Source: Halomicrobium mukohataei DSM 12286 (GTDB lineage: Archaea; Halobacteriota; Halobacteria; Halobacteriales; Haloarculaceae). From it: a stretch of DNA of 32,000 nt. Below the pieces are notes generated by a model, which saw only the letters and a list, made by a program, of their open reading frames with translations, searched no databases and had not been told where the DNA came from. The stretch is from assembly GCF_000023965.1 (NCBI RefSeq), contig NC_013202.1, forward strand, positions 1,980,001 to 2,012,000. The letters run 5' to 3'. Shown here piece after piece: positions 1 through 8,401 of this stretch. Made by a program: the position numbers and the translations under genes. Within the stretch, counting starts at the first letter, position 1; each line of letters starts with the position of its first letter.

Positions 1-1043
1 GTGAGATCGTCGAGCAGGCGGCCGAGATCGGACTCACGGGCGCGAACATTCCCGTCGAGTACGGCGGGGTCGGCTACGACACGCTGACCAACGCGATCAT
101 CGCCGAAGAGCTGTTCGCGGCCGATCCCGGCATCGGACTCTGCATCCAGTCGACCGCCTTCGGGGCGGACGCTCTCGTCGGCTTCGGGACGGAGGAACAG
201 AAAGAGGCGTTCCTCGAACCGGTCGCGACTGGCGACGCGATCATGGGTGCGGCGATCTCCGAACCCGACGTGGGGTCGGACGTGTCTTCGGTGTCGACGC
301 GGGCGGAGAAAGACGGCGACGAGTGGGTGATCAACGGCAACAAAATGTGGATTACTAACGGTTCGATCGGAGACTACTTCGTCGTACTCTGTAAAACAGA
401 TCCGGAGGCGGAGGGCCGGTACAACGGCTTCTCCCAGATCGTCGTCGAGGCCGATCGCGACGGATTCGAAGCCGACAAGATCACCGGCAAGCTCGGCATC
501 CGCGCGTCGGACACCGCCGAGTTGATCCTCGACGACGTGCGCGTCCCCGAGGAGAACCTCGTCGGGACCCGCGGCGCGGGCTTCCTCCAGCTCATGCAGT
601 TCTTCGACGAGACCCGGACGGGCGTCGCCGCACAGGCCGTCGGGATCGCGAAGGGAGCCGCCGAGCGTGCGCTCGACTACGCCGAGGACCGCGAGCAGTT
701 CTCCAAACCGATCAGCGAGTTCCAGGCGATCCAGCACAAGCTCTCCGAGATGCACACGCAGGTCGAAGCCGCCCGGATGCTCACATACAAGTCCGCCTGG
801 AGCGTCGACAACGAGGACGACCAGCTGACGATGCTGGCCTCGATGGCCAAGGAGTTCGCCTCGCGCGTCGCCGTCGAAGTCGCCGACGAGGCCGTCCAGA
901 TCCACGGTGGTGCCGGCTACGTCAACGACTTCGACGTCGAGCGGTTCTACCGCGACGCCAAGATCACCCAGATCTACGAGGGGACCAGCGAGATCCAGAA
1001 GAACATCATCGCACGCGAGCTGCTCGGCAAAGGGATGACCTAA
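1..1043 (+). CDS. acyl-CoA dehydrogenase (5' end outside window)
   Basis: The frame starting at nt 3 is open from the window edge ([22 protein letters not shown]...) and runs into listed ORF 243..1043. The C-terminal [40 protein letters not shown] is the classic acyl-CoA dehydrogenase signature. Stop TAA at 1041-1043. Confidence 0.9.
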   Translation, partial: EIVEQAAEIGLTGANIPVEYGGVGYDTLTNAIIAEELFAADPGIGLCIQSTAFGADALVGFGTEEQKEAFLEPVATGDAIMGAAISEPDVGSDVSSVSTRAEKDGDEWVINGNKMWITNGSIGDYFVVLCKTDPEAEGRYNGFSQIVVEADRDGFEADKITGKLGIRASDTAELILDDVRVPEENLVGTRGAGFLQLMQFFDETRTGVAAQAVGIAKGAAERALDYAEDREQFSKPISEFQAIQHKLSEMHTQVEAARMLTYKSAWSVDNEDDQLTMLASMAKEFASRVAVEVADEAVQIHGGAGYVNDFDVERFYRDAKITQIYEGTSEIQKNIIARELLGKGMT

Positions 1044-1429
1044 ACCGCGACGCGCAGCGCTTCGTCGAGGCTGTCGACCGTCTCGATGTCGACGCCGGGG
1101 ATCTCGCCGATCTTGCTCTTGAGCGCCATCTTCTTGATGTCGTCCGAGACGATAATCCAGTTCGTGATCCCGTACTCGGTGCCGGCCTCCGCGGCCTCCT
1201 GTGCCTTCTCGAAGACCTCCCCGTTGAGTGCGGACTCCATTTTCAGGACCGAGACGTGCGTGTCGATGGCGGGATCGGTCGCCAGCTCTTCGAACCGCTC
1301 GTTGACGGCCGCAAAGACTTCTTCTCTCGTTTCGATGTCGACACCGAACTCGGCTATCAGCGCGTTCTCCTCTACGTACAGGCTCCAGTCGTCTGTCGTC
1401 ACGCCCACCGCTCCGTGCCCGCTGAACAT
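1040..1429 (-). CDS. conserved-looking acidic hypothetical protein (129 aa)
   Basis: Listed ORF 1040..1684 trimmed to the internal ATG at 1429 ([15 protein letters not shown]...). The upstream part is Arg/Ser-rich and would overlap the divergent glycosylase gene. Acidic haloarchaeal composition; no family recognised. The stop overlaps the convergent acd stop. Confidence 0.55.
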   Translation of the reverse strand: MFSGHGAVGVTTDDWSLYVEENALIAEFGVDIETREEVFAAVNERFEELATDPAIDTHVSVLKMESALNGEVFEKAQEAAEAGTEYGITNWIIVSDDIKKMALKSKIGEIPGVDIETVDSLDEALRVAV

Positions 1430-1526
1430 AACTGCCACCCTCTGATTATCACCAGCGATACTTCTCCCGTCCTCGCTCCGACACTCGACCGCAACGTTCT
1501 CGACGCTCTCGTCCCATCGTCCGTCC

Positions 1527-2135
1527 GTGAGCGATCCCCACGACCGACTCCGCGAGGATCCCGACTTGGGACCCCTCGTCGAGACCCACGGCGAACTGAC
1601 GATCTCGCCGGCCGAAGACCTCTTCGCGCGAATTCTGACCTCGATCGTCCGCCAGCAGGTGTCGATGGCGTCGGCGGCCGCCACCCGCGAGCGACTGTTC
1701 GACGCCGTCGAGGTGACGCCGTCGGGCGTTCTGGCGGCCGACGACGACGTGCTGCGTGACGCCGGCCTCTCTCGACAGAAGACTCGCTACGTCAACAACG
1801 TCGCGAGCGCCTTCGAGGAACGCGGACTCTCACGGACGTACTTCGAGGACATGGACGACGACGCTGTCGTCGACGAACTCACGTCGATCACCGGCGTCGG
1901 AGAGTGGACGGCGAACATGCAGCTCGTCTTCTCGCTGGGCCGCGAAGACGTGTTCCCCGTCGGCGACCTCGGCATCCGGACGGGCATGGCGTCGCTCGTC
2001 GATCCGGAGATGACCCGCGCCGAGATGTCCGCGTACGCCGAGCGATGGGAACCCTATCGGAGCTACGCCAGTCTCTACCTCTGGCGCGTCGAAGAAGACG
2101 TCGAAGAGAGTGTCGACGAGGTCGAATCGCTGTGA
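1527..2135 (+). CDS. DNA-3-methyladenine glycosylase II / HhH-GPD base-excision repair family protein
   Basis: GTG start. Carries a helix-hairpin-helix plus Gly/Pro-rich loop segment (LTSITGVGEWTANMQLVFSLGREDVFPVGDLGIR) followed by WEPYRSYASLYLW, typical of AlkA-like glycosylases. Confidence 0.85.
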   Translation: MSDPHDRLREDPDLGPLVETHGELTISPAEDLFARILTSIVRQQVSMASAAATRERLFDAVEVTPSGVLAADDDVLRDAGLSRQKTRYVNNVASAFEERGLSRTYFEDMDDDAVVDELTSITGVGEWTANMQLVFSLGREDVFPVGDLGIRTGMASLVDPEMTRAEMSAYAERWEPYRSYASLYLWRVEEDVEESVDEVESL

Positions 2136-2317
2136 CCGGCGCGTCTCCCACTGTCGGTGGCCGAAAGACGGCGGCCAGGAGGGCCGAACTGTCGTCCGGG
2201 AGCCGGTGCATCAGGATCGAACCGTGTCGCCGCCACTCGCCATCTCCCGTACGAGTATCGCAATACGACTGACAAGAACCTGTCGAAAGAAACCCGTGTG
2301 CTGGGCGGCCGCGGAAC

Positions 2318-2596
2318 TCACTCCCCGTCCATCTCGAAGTCCTCGATCGAGTGGCCCTGCCGGACGATCCGCTCGCTGATCAACAGCTTCTCCGTCCGGT
2401 CGAGTGCCTCCCAGTCGAGGTGGTCCGGGGGCGACGACTCCAGGGACTCGAACTGCTCGATCACGCGGCCGTTGACGAATCGCGAGAACTCATCGCAGTT
2501 CGGGCAGGTAACGGAGAGGTGCGAAACGTCGAAGTCGCGCGTCAGCGTGTGCTCTCGGCAGTTCGAGCACCGATACGTACGCTCGGTCATACCCAT
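2318..2596 (-). CDS. small zinc-ribbon protein (92 aa)
   Basis: Listed ORF 2318..2833 trimmed to ATG 2596 (MGMTERTYRCSNCREH...VTCPNCDEF...). It has two CxxC pairs and an acidic C-terminus. The upstream extension is Arg-rich and overlaps the deaminase gene. Confidence 0.6.
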   Translation of the reverse strand: MGMTERTYRCSNCREHTLTRDFDVSHLSVTCPNCDEFSRFVNGRVIEQFESLESSPPDHLDWEALDRTEKLLISERIVRQGHSIEDFEMDGE

Positions 2597-2634
2597 CGAA
2601 GGGGTTCGAGGGGGTTGAGCACTGCGGTCTGTCG

Positions 2635-3099
2635 CTACCAGTCGAACGCCTCGTGGACGGCCAGTCCCGCCTCGTGACACACCGGCCCGGTCACGTCGGT
2701 GACGCCGTCGAGAATCGCTCCCGATCGAACCGTCGGCTCGCCGCCGGTGAACTCGTGGATCTCGTCGCCGCCGACGCTGTAGACGATCCGCCCCAGTCCG
2801 ACCGAGCGGAGGCCACCGGCACACATCGGGCACGGTTCCGTGCTCGTGTACATCACCGTCCGGGCGCGTTCTTCCGGCGTGTACGACCGCTCGGCCGCCA
2901 GCGCGAGATCGAGCTCCGGATGGCGTCGCAGATCGTCCTCCGTGACGACGCGGTTCGACGCCGCCGCGATCTGCTCGTCGTCACGGACGAGGACGGAACC
3001 GAACGGTCGGTCACCGCGGTCGGCGGCCGCACGGGCGAGGTCGATGGCCGACTGCACGTGTCGCTCGTGGTCGAACTCCTCGAAGTCGGGATCTGCCAT
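2635..3099 (-). CDS. CMP/dCMP-type zinc deaminase family protein (nucleoside / tRNA-adenosine / guanine deaminase-like)
   Basis: Zinc-binding motifs H-P-E (RRHPELD) and PCxxC (EPCPMCAG) with canonical spacing; 154 aa. Confidence 0.85.
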   Translation of the reverse strand: MADPDFEEFDHERHVQSAIDLARAAADRGDRPFGSVLVRDDEQIAAASNRVVTEDDLRRHPELDLALAAERSYTPEERARTVMYTSTEPCPMCAGGLRSVGLGRIVYSVGGDEIHEFTGGEPTVRSGAILDGVTDVTGPVCHEAGLAVHEAFDW

Positions 3100-3332
3100 A
3101 CCGCCACTCTGGGGTGCCTCACAAAGAAAGGCCGGGTCCTCCTGGCGGTCTCGCGGGGTAGTAGCGGCGGGGTTTAAGAGGCTGGATCTTCGAACGTAGA
3201 GTATGCTTCGCGGGCACGCTCGCGACCGACCGGTCGTCCCACGAACGTCCGCTCTCGCCGGCCGCTGTCGGTGAGCGCCCCGCTCTTCTCGTCACCGCGC
3301 ACCGCTCTTTCACCACGCCTGACACTCCAACA

Positions 3333-3944
3333 ATGTTCGACCGCATCGCAGACGACATCCGATTCGCCAAGGCCAACGATCCGGCCGCAACGAGCACCCT
3401 CGTGGTGCTGTTGACCTATCCGGGACTACACGCCGTCTGGTGGCACCGCCTCGCACACGCCTGTCACCGCCGCGGTCTCGCCCTCGCCGCCGCCCTGCTG
3501 GCGTACGTCGGTCGATTTCTCACCGGCATCGAGATCCATCCCGGCGCGACCGTCGGCGAGCGGGTGTTCGTCGACCACGGCATGGGGACCGTCGTCGGCG
3601 AGACCGCCGAGATCGGTGACGAGGTCGTGATGTACCACGGCGTGACGCTGGGCGGGAAATCCAGCGAGCCGGTCAAGCGCCACCCGACGATCGAGGACCG
3701 CGCGCTGATCGGTGCCGACGCGACGCTGATCGGCGACATCACGATCGGCGAGGACGCGACCGTCGGTGCCGGCTCCGTCGTCGTCGACGACGTGCCGCCC
3801 GACACGACCGTCGTCGGCAACCCCGCCCGCCCGATCGACGCCCTCGAAGACGAGGAGGGCGTCCCAGACGCGGACGAGGACGACGGAGTCCATCCGGACT
3901 GCGCCCCCGGGGTCGAACCCCGCTGGCGGGAAGTCCAGTCGTAG
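3333..3944 (+). CDS. cysE: serine O-acetyltransferase
   Basis: N-terminal DPAA...LLTYPGLHAVWWHRLAH, then left-handed beta-helix hexapeptide repeats (GIEIHPGATVGERVFVDHGMGTVVGETAEIGDEVVMYHGVTLGG). Acidic C-terminal tail. Confidence 0.85.
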   Translation: MFDRIADDIRFAKANDPAATSTLVVLLTYPGLHAVWWHRLAHACHRRGLALAAALLAYVGRFLTGIEIHPGATVGERVFVDHGMGTVVGETAEIGDEVVMYHGVTLGGKSSEPVKRHPTIEDRALIGADATLIGDITIGEDATVGAGSVVVDDVPPDTTVVGNPARPIDALEDEEGVPDADEDDGVHPDCAPGVEPRWREVQS

Positions 3945-3968
3945 GCGCGTCGCTCACACCACCCGATT

Positions 3969-4095
3969 CCGCTCGCACCTCCGAGGCCCGCTGCTCGCTT
4001 CGCTCTCAGCGCGCCTCGCTACTCACGGGTTGTTCCTCCCCGCTCGCACCTCCGAGGCCCGCTGCTCGCTTCGCTCTCAGCGCGCCTCGCTACTC
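3969..4095. repeat. perfect 56-bp direct repeat x2 (3969-4024 and 4040-4095, period 71 bp), each copy forming an interrupted 11-bp hairpin
   Basis: Character-by-character identity of CCGCTCGCACCTCCGAGGCCCGCTGCTCGCTTCGCTCTCAGCGCGCCTCGCTACTC in both copies. Hairpins lie at 3982-4018 and 4053-4089 (CGAGGC-c-CGCTG / CAGCG-c-GCCTCG, 13-nt loop CTCGCTTCGCTCT). The repeat fills the convergent cysE / rimK-like intergenic gap. Confidence 0.9.
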
Positions 4096-5445
4096 CTCCC
4101 CGGCCTCTTCTTCCTCTGCCTCCAGTTCGCCGTCGGCGTCGGCTCGCCGGGTCACGTCGACCCGGTAGTGCTGGAGGATGTCCCGCCCGAGCAAGAGCGG
4201 GTAGTCCATGTGCCCGCGGTCCTCGATGCTGGCGGTGACCGTGTGTTGGGTGCCGCCGACACCGACGACGAGGTCGACGACGGGTCGGGATTTTCCCTTC
4301 TTGAGGCTTCCAGAGCGAACGGTCACGATGTCCTTGATCGGGCCGGTTCCCAGACGGGTGGCCAGCTGTGAGTCGATGCTGGTCCGTGTCGCGCCGGTGT
4401 CTGACTTCGCGAGGACCGTCTCGGTGCCCCGAGTTCCGGCGACCATCACCTCCTCGATGTAGCCGACGACGGCCGGCTCTCTGGGTTCGGTCTCGGCCGG
4501 CGTGGGCGTGCACACCGGGCGGGAGTCGTCAAGCCTCTCTGCCAGCCGTTCGACGTCGTCGTCGGCCACGCTCCCGCCGGCCGCTTCGATCGCCAGGCGT
4601 GCGATGTGGGGTGCCGGACTCGTTCCCGTGGCCTTGAACAGCCCCCGGAATCCGGCCGTCGGGTTGACTTCCAGGACGAAGTAGCCGTCGGCTCCCTCGA
4701 TGATGTCGACTCCGGCGTAGTCGAGTCCGAGTACGTCCGCGGCCGTCGTCGCCATGTCGGCCACTTCCGGCGGGAGATCGTCGGTCACGTCCTCGACGTC
4801 GCCGCCGAGTGCGACGTTGGTTCGCCAGTCGCCGTCGGGTGCGTAGCGGTTCATCGCGCCGACGACGACGCCGTCGACGACGTAGACGCGCAGGTCGTGG
4901 TTGCGCTGGTCGTCGACGTCGAGGTACTCCTGGAGGAACGCCTGTCGCAGCCCGACCTGGGGGTTGACGGGATCGTCCAGATCGACGAGCCAGGTGCCCC
5001 CGCCGTGGGTCCCGATCGCGGTCTTGTACACGGCGCGATCGCCGAAGCGAGCCCGCCCCTCGTTGAGCCGCTCGCTGGACAGCGCCAGCAGGGCGTCTGG
5101 CACCGGGACGCCGGCCTCCGCCAGCGCCATCGTCGTCGCGAACTTGTGTAGCGCCGTCGTGATGGCTTCGGGCGGGTTCAGCATCGGGACCAGCCGAGCC
5201 AGCGTGTGGGCGAGGCCGATCCCCTCGACGGGCTGTTCGTCGCTGGACAGGAGGAGCCGATTGACGACGACGTCCACGTCCGGTTCGAGCGTCACGTCCC
5301 CGTCTCGTACGTCGACGGCCGTGTTCTCCGCGCGGAGCCACTCAGTGTCGTAGCCCAGCGCGTCGACGGCGTTCAGAATCGCTTTCGTTTCCTTGCTGTT
5401 GTGGAGGCTCAGAACGCCGACCGTCGGGTCCGCAGCGTCGTTCAT
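4090..5445 (-). CDS. rimK: RimK-family ATP-grasp alpha-L-glutamate ligase fused to a C-terminal retropepsin-like 'ATP-dependent zinc protease' (DUF785/PF05618-type) domain
   Basis: Listed ORF 4090..5631 trimmed to ATG 5445 (MNDAADPTVGVLSLHNSKETK...). The ATP-grasp core includes HDLRVYVVDG...NRYAPDGDWRTNVALGG...GLDYAGVDIIE...VLEVNPTAGF. The C-terminal domain carries AKSDTGATRTSID ... DRGHMDYPLLLGRDIL (DTGA motif). It ends in a Glu-rich tail, ELEAEEEEAGEE. Confidence 0.85.
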   Translation of the reverse strand: MNDAADPTVGVLSLHNSKETKAILNAVDALGYDTEWLRAENTAVDVRDGDVTLEPDVDVVVNRLLLSSDEQPVEGIGLAHTLARLVPMLNPPEAITTALHKFATTMALAEAGVPVPDALLALSSERLNEGRARFGDRAVYKTAIGTHGGGTWLVDLDDPVNPQVGLRQAFLQEYLDVDDQRNHDLRVYVVDGVVVGAMNRYAPDGDWRTNVALGGDVEDVTDDLPPEVADMATTAADVLGLDYAGVDIIEGADGYFVLEVNPTAGFRGLFKATGTSPAPHIARLAIEAAGGSVADDDVERLAERLDDSRPVCTPTPAETEPREPAVVGYIEEVMVAGTRGTETVLAKSDTGATRTSIDSQLATRLGTGPIKDIVTVRSGSLKKGKSRPVVDLVVGVGGTQHTVTASIEDRGHMDYPLLLGRDILQHYRVDVTRRADADGELEAEEEEAGEE

Positions 5446-5608
5446 AGGGCTGGTGACTCCCACAGACGCCAAAGCCCTGACGGTCGTCGCGAGCCGTCGG
5501 ACGCGGTTCGGTCGCCGACAGTGCGAACGCGCCCGCTCGCATCGGGGGCGCGCCCGCGGTCGGACCGACGGTCGGACCGGTTTTACCCTTCGGCGTCGAT
5601 TGGGTGCT

Positions 5609-6628
5609 ATGGACGAAGCGCGGCCGTTCACCTACGACGGCGGACGGGTGGACCCCGGCGAGACCGAGAACGTCAGATACACGGTCAGCCAGACGTATCT
5701 CGGCGATCCCGTCCGGATGCCGGTCACGATCGTCAACGGCGAGGGCGCGGGGCCGAGGCTGTTTCTCGCGGCGGCGGCCCACGGCGACGAACTCAACGGC
5801 GTCGAGGTCGTCCGCGAGGTCGCCCACGAGTGGGATCTCGCCGACCTCTGCGGGACGCTGGTCTGCTGTCCCGTCCTGAACGTTCCGGGGTTCATCGCCC
5901 AGCAGCGGTACCTCCCGGTCTACGATCGGGACCTGAACCGCTCGTTTCCGGGCCGAGACGACTCGACGGGCGCAAAGCGGATCGCCAACGAGATCTTCCG
6001 GAACTTCGTTGCACCCTGTGACTACGGGCTCGACTTCCACACCTCCACGCGCGGACGGACCAACATGCTCCACGTGCGGGCCGACATGGCGGACGAGCGG
6101 GTCGCGCGACTGGCGAAGTCGTTCGCGACGAACGTCGTCATCGCCTCGGACGGTCCCGGGGGAACGCTGCGACGCGAGGCGACCGACGCGGGCGTCCCGA
6201 CCGTCACCGTCGAGATGGGGGAAGCCCACCGCTTCCAGCGGGACCTGATCGACCGAGCGCTCGTCGGCGTCCGCTCGGTCCTGGCGGAGTTCGGCCTCCT
6301 GCCCAGCGCGTCCGTCCACTGGCCGGGCTGGCGGACGATCATCGACGGGAGCGACGAGAAGACGTGGATCCGGGCCGACGCTGGGGGCCTCGTCGACATG
6401 CACTTCGACCGCGGTGCCTTCGTCGAGGCGGGCGACCCGATCTGTACGATCGCCAACCCCTTCAAGACCGATCGGACGGTCGTCGAAGCACCGTTCACCG
6501 GACTGCTGGTCGGGGTGCTGGAGAACCCGCTCGTCTACCCCGGCAACCCGCTCTGTCACCTCGTGAAACTCGACGACCGGACCCAGCGCGCGCTGGAGCG
6601 CAACGGCGGGATCGACGATCGCGCGTGA
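5609..6628 (+). CDS. succinylglutamate desuccinylase/aspartoacylase (AstE/AspA, M14-like zinc deacylase) family protein
   Basis: Listed ORF 5393..6628 trimmed to ATG 5609 (MDEARPFTYDGG...). Zinc ligand motif AAAHGDELNG, RDLNRSFPG, and a second His in LDFHTS. Divergent from the RimK-fusion gene. Confidence 0.85.
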   Translation: MDEARPFTYDGGRVDPGETENVRYTVSQTYLGDPVRMPVTIVNGEGAGPRLFLAAAAHGDELNGVEVVREVAHEWDLADLCGTLVCCPVLNVPGFIAQQRYLPVYDRDLNRSFPGRDDSTGAKRIANEIFRNFVAPCDYGLDFHTSTRGRTNMLHVRADMADERVARLAKSFATNVVIASDGPGGTLRREATDAGVPTVTVEMGEAHRFQRDLIDRALVGVRSVLAEFGLLPSASVHWPGWRTIIDGSDEKTWIRADAGGLVDMHFDRGAFVEAGDPICTIANPFKTDRTVVEAPFTGLLVGVLENPLVYPGNPLCHLVKLDDRTQRALERNGGIDDRA

Positions 6629-6698
6629 GCGACGTGTCGTGTCACGCCGAACGTGAACTACCGATCATGTTTGCCGGGAGCGCGCGTACGTTGTAGTA

Positions 6699-6709
6699 AC
6701 TTCTATTTG
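6699..6709 (+). promoter_or_regulatory. candidate TATA box for the sdh operon
   Basis: The AT-rich ACTTCTATTTG is centred about 28 nt upstream of the sdhC ATG (6733). This fits a leaderless or short-leader haloarchaeal promoter. Confidence 0.35.
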
Positions 6710-6732
6710 TCCCCGCTCCAAGTGCTGGGTGT

Positions 6733-7128
6733 ATGAGTCAGTCTTACAATCGCGGCACCGTCGAGGACTTCGGACGGTGGCGGGACTTCTCGGCCGGGAT
6801 GTGGGCGTGGATCTTCCACAAGTTCACCGGCTGGGTACTCGTCGGCTACCTCTTTACCCACATCGCCGTGTTGAGCACGGCGATTCAGGGGGAGGCACTG
6901 TACAACGGCACCCTGCAGGGACTCGAAGCCCTGCTCGTCGTTCGCTTCCTCGAGGTCGGCCTGCTCGCCGTCGCCGTCTTCCACATCCTCAACGGGCTCC
7001 GACTGCTGTTCGTCGACCTGGGTATCGGACTCGAAGCACAGGACAAGAGCTTCTACGCGTCGATGGTGCTGACGGGCGCGATCGTCGTCGCCAGCATCCC
7101 GACCTTCCTCGGGGGGAAACTCGTCTAA
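6733..7128 (+). CDS. sdhC: succinate dehydrogenase, membrane anchor / cytochrome b subunit
   Basis: 131 aa with 3 predicted TM helices and a His in helix 2 (FTHIAVL). First gene of a C-D-B-A cluster; TAATG stop/start overlap with the next gene. Confidence 0.85.
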   Translation: MSQSYNRGTVEDFGRWRDFSAGMWAWIFHKFTGWVLVGYLFTHIAVLSTAIQGEALYNGTLQGLEALLVVRFLEVGLLAVAVFHILNGLRLLFVDLGIGLEAQDKSFYASMVLTGAIVVASIPTFLGGKLV

Positions 7129-7493
7129 TGGCCGAACACTACTCCTCTTTCGAACGGAAGGGATCGCGGTGGCTGCTACAGCGGATCACGGCGGTGTTCC
7201 TGATCGGCGTGCTGGCCTTCCACTTCATGCTGCTGCACTTCGTCAACCACGCGGCGGAGGTCACGCTGGCCGGCACGACCACCCGGATGAGCTCCATCGG
7301 CTACTTCACGACGATGTGGCTGTTCCTCGTGACCGCGACCTTCCACGGCGTCAACGGCGTCTACAACGCCCTCATCAACCAGGGTCTGACCGGGACTCGC
7401 AAGCGAGCGGTCAAGTGGGTGCTGGTCGTCGCCGGTGTCCTGCTGATCGCACAGGGAACCCGCGTCGCCGTCGCCATGACCAACCTGATCTAA
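7128..7493 (+). CDS. sdhD: succinate dehydrogenase, membrane anchor subunit
   Basis: Internal ATG at 7128 of listed ORF 6729..7493 ([24 protein letters not shown]...). 121 aa, 3 TM helices, translationally coupled to sdhC. Confidence 0.85.
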   Translation: MAEHYSSFERKGSRWLLQRITAVFLIGVLAFHFMLLHFVNHAAEVTLAGTTTRMSSIGYFTTMWLFLVTATFHGVNGVYNALINQGLTGTRKRAVKWVLVVAGVLLIAQGTRVAVAMTNLI

Positions 7494-7495
7494 CC

Positions 7496-8383
7496 ATGAG
7501 TACGATCGAACAGGAGACAGAGACCGAAGAGACGACCGACGAGTCGGCCGAGCCGACCGTCGAATCACCGGGCGAGCGCCGCCGGGCGGAGAAACAGGAG
7601 CGGGCGCAGGCCCGAGAGGACCAGCGCGTCGACGAGGAGATCGACCACTCCGAAGAGACGATCACGCTCAAAGTCTTCCGCTACGACCCCGAAGTCGAGG
7701 GGAAAGAAGAGCCGCGGTTCGACGACTTCACCGTCCCCTTCCACAAGGGGATGACCGTCCTCGACGCGCTCATCTACTCGCGGGACCACTACGACTCGTC
7801 GCTGACCTTCCGCCACTCGTGTCGGCAGGCCGTCTGTGGGTCCGACGCGCTCTTCATCAACGGTCGCCAGCGGCTGGCCTGCAAGACCCAGATCGCCGAT
7901 CTCGACGCCGGGACGATCCGGATCGAGCCGCTGCCCCACCAGGAAGTCGTCAAGGACCTGGTCGTCGACATGGAGCACTTCTACGACCAGATGGAGGCCG
8001 TCGAGCCGTACTTCGACGCCGACGAGCTGCCCGACGACGAACTCGAAGAGCAGCGCCAGGACCGCGAGAACCGCGAGAAGATCAAGATGTCCACGCGCTG
8101 TATCTGGTGTGGCGCGTGCATGTCCTCGTGTAACATCGCGGCCGGCGACAACGAGTACCTCGGGCCGGCGGCGATCAACAAGGCCTACCGCTTCGCGATG
8201 GACGAACGCGAGGGCGAGCAGCGCAAGCAGGAGCGACTCCGTATCATCGAGCAAGAACACGGCGTCTGGCGGTGCCAGACGCAGTTCTCCTGTACCGAGG
8301 TGTGTCCGAAAGACATCCCACTGACCGAGCACATCCAGGAGCTCAAACGGGAAGCAGTCAAGAACAACCTCAAGTTCTGGTAA
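7496..8383 (+). CDS. sdhB: succinate dehydrogenase iron-sulfur subunit
   Basis: ATG 7496 within listed ORF 7169..8383 (MSTIEQETE...). Cys clusters CRQAVCGSDA...C (2Fe-2S), CIWCGACMSSC (4Fe-4S) and CTEVCP (3Fe-4S). Confidence 0.95.
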   Translation: MSTIEQETETEETTDESAEPTVESPGERRRAEKQERAQAREDQRVDEEIDHSEETITLKVFRYDPEVEGKEEPRFDDFTVPFHKGMTVLDALIYSRDHYDSSLTFRHSCRQAVCGSDALFINGRQRLACKTQIADLDAGTIRIEPLPHQEVVKDLVVDMEHFYDQMEAVEPYFDADELPDDELEEQRQDRENREKIKMSTRCIWCGACMSSCNIAAGDNEYLGPAAINKAYRFAMDEREGEQRKQERLRIIEQEHGVWRCQTQFSCTEVCPKDIPLTEHIQELKREAVKNNLKFW

Positions 8384-8401
8384 TCCTAAGGGAGACTAAC
8401 A

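Noticed and set aside
4019-5341. Several Arg-rich ORFs overlapping the RimK-fusion gene in other frames (4019..4513, 4529..5341, 4606..5151 and others)
   Set aside because: Extreme Arg/Pro/Gly content and no motifs. They overlap a well-supported CDS. Off-frame artefacts.
5342-6559. 405-aa minus-strand ORF; the 416-aa plus-strand ORF 25149..26399 belongs in the same class
   Set aside because: The first is antisense to the AstE/AspA-family gene and the second to the M42 peptidase. Both are Arg/Gly/Asp-rich shadow frames.
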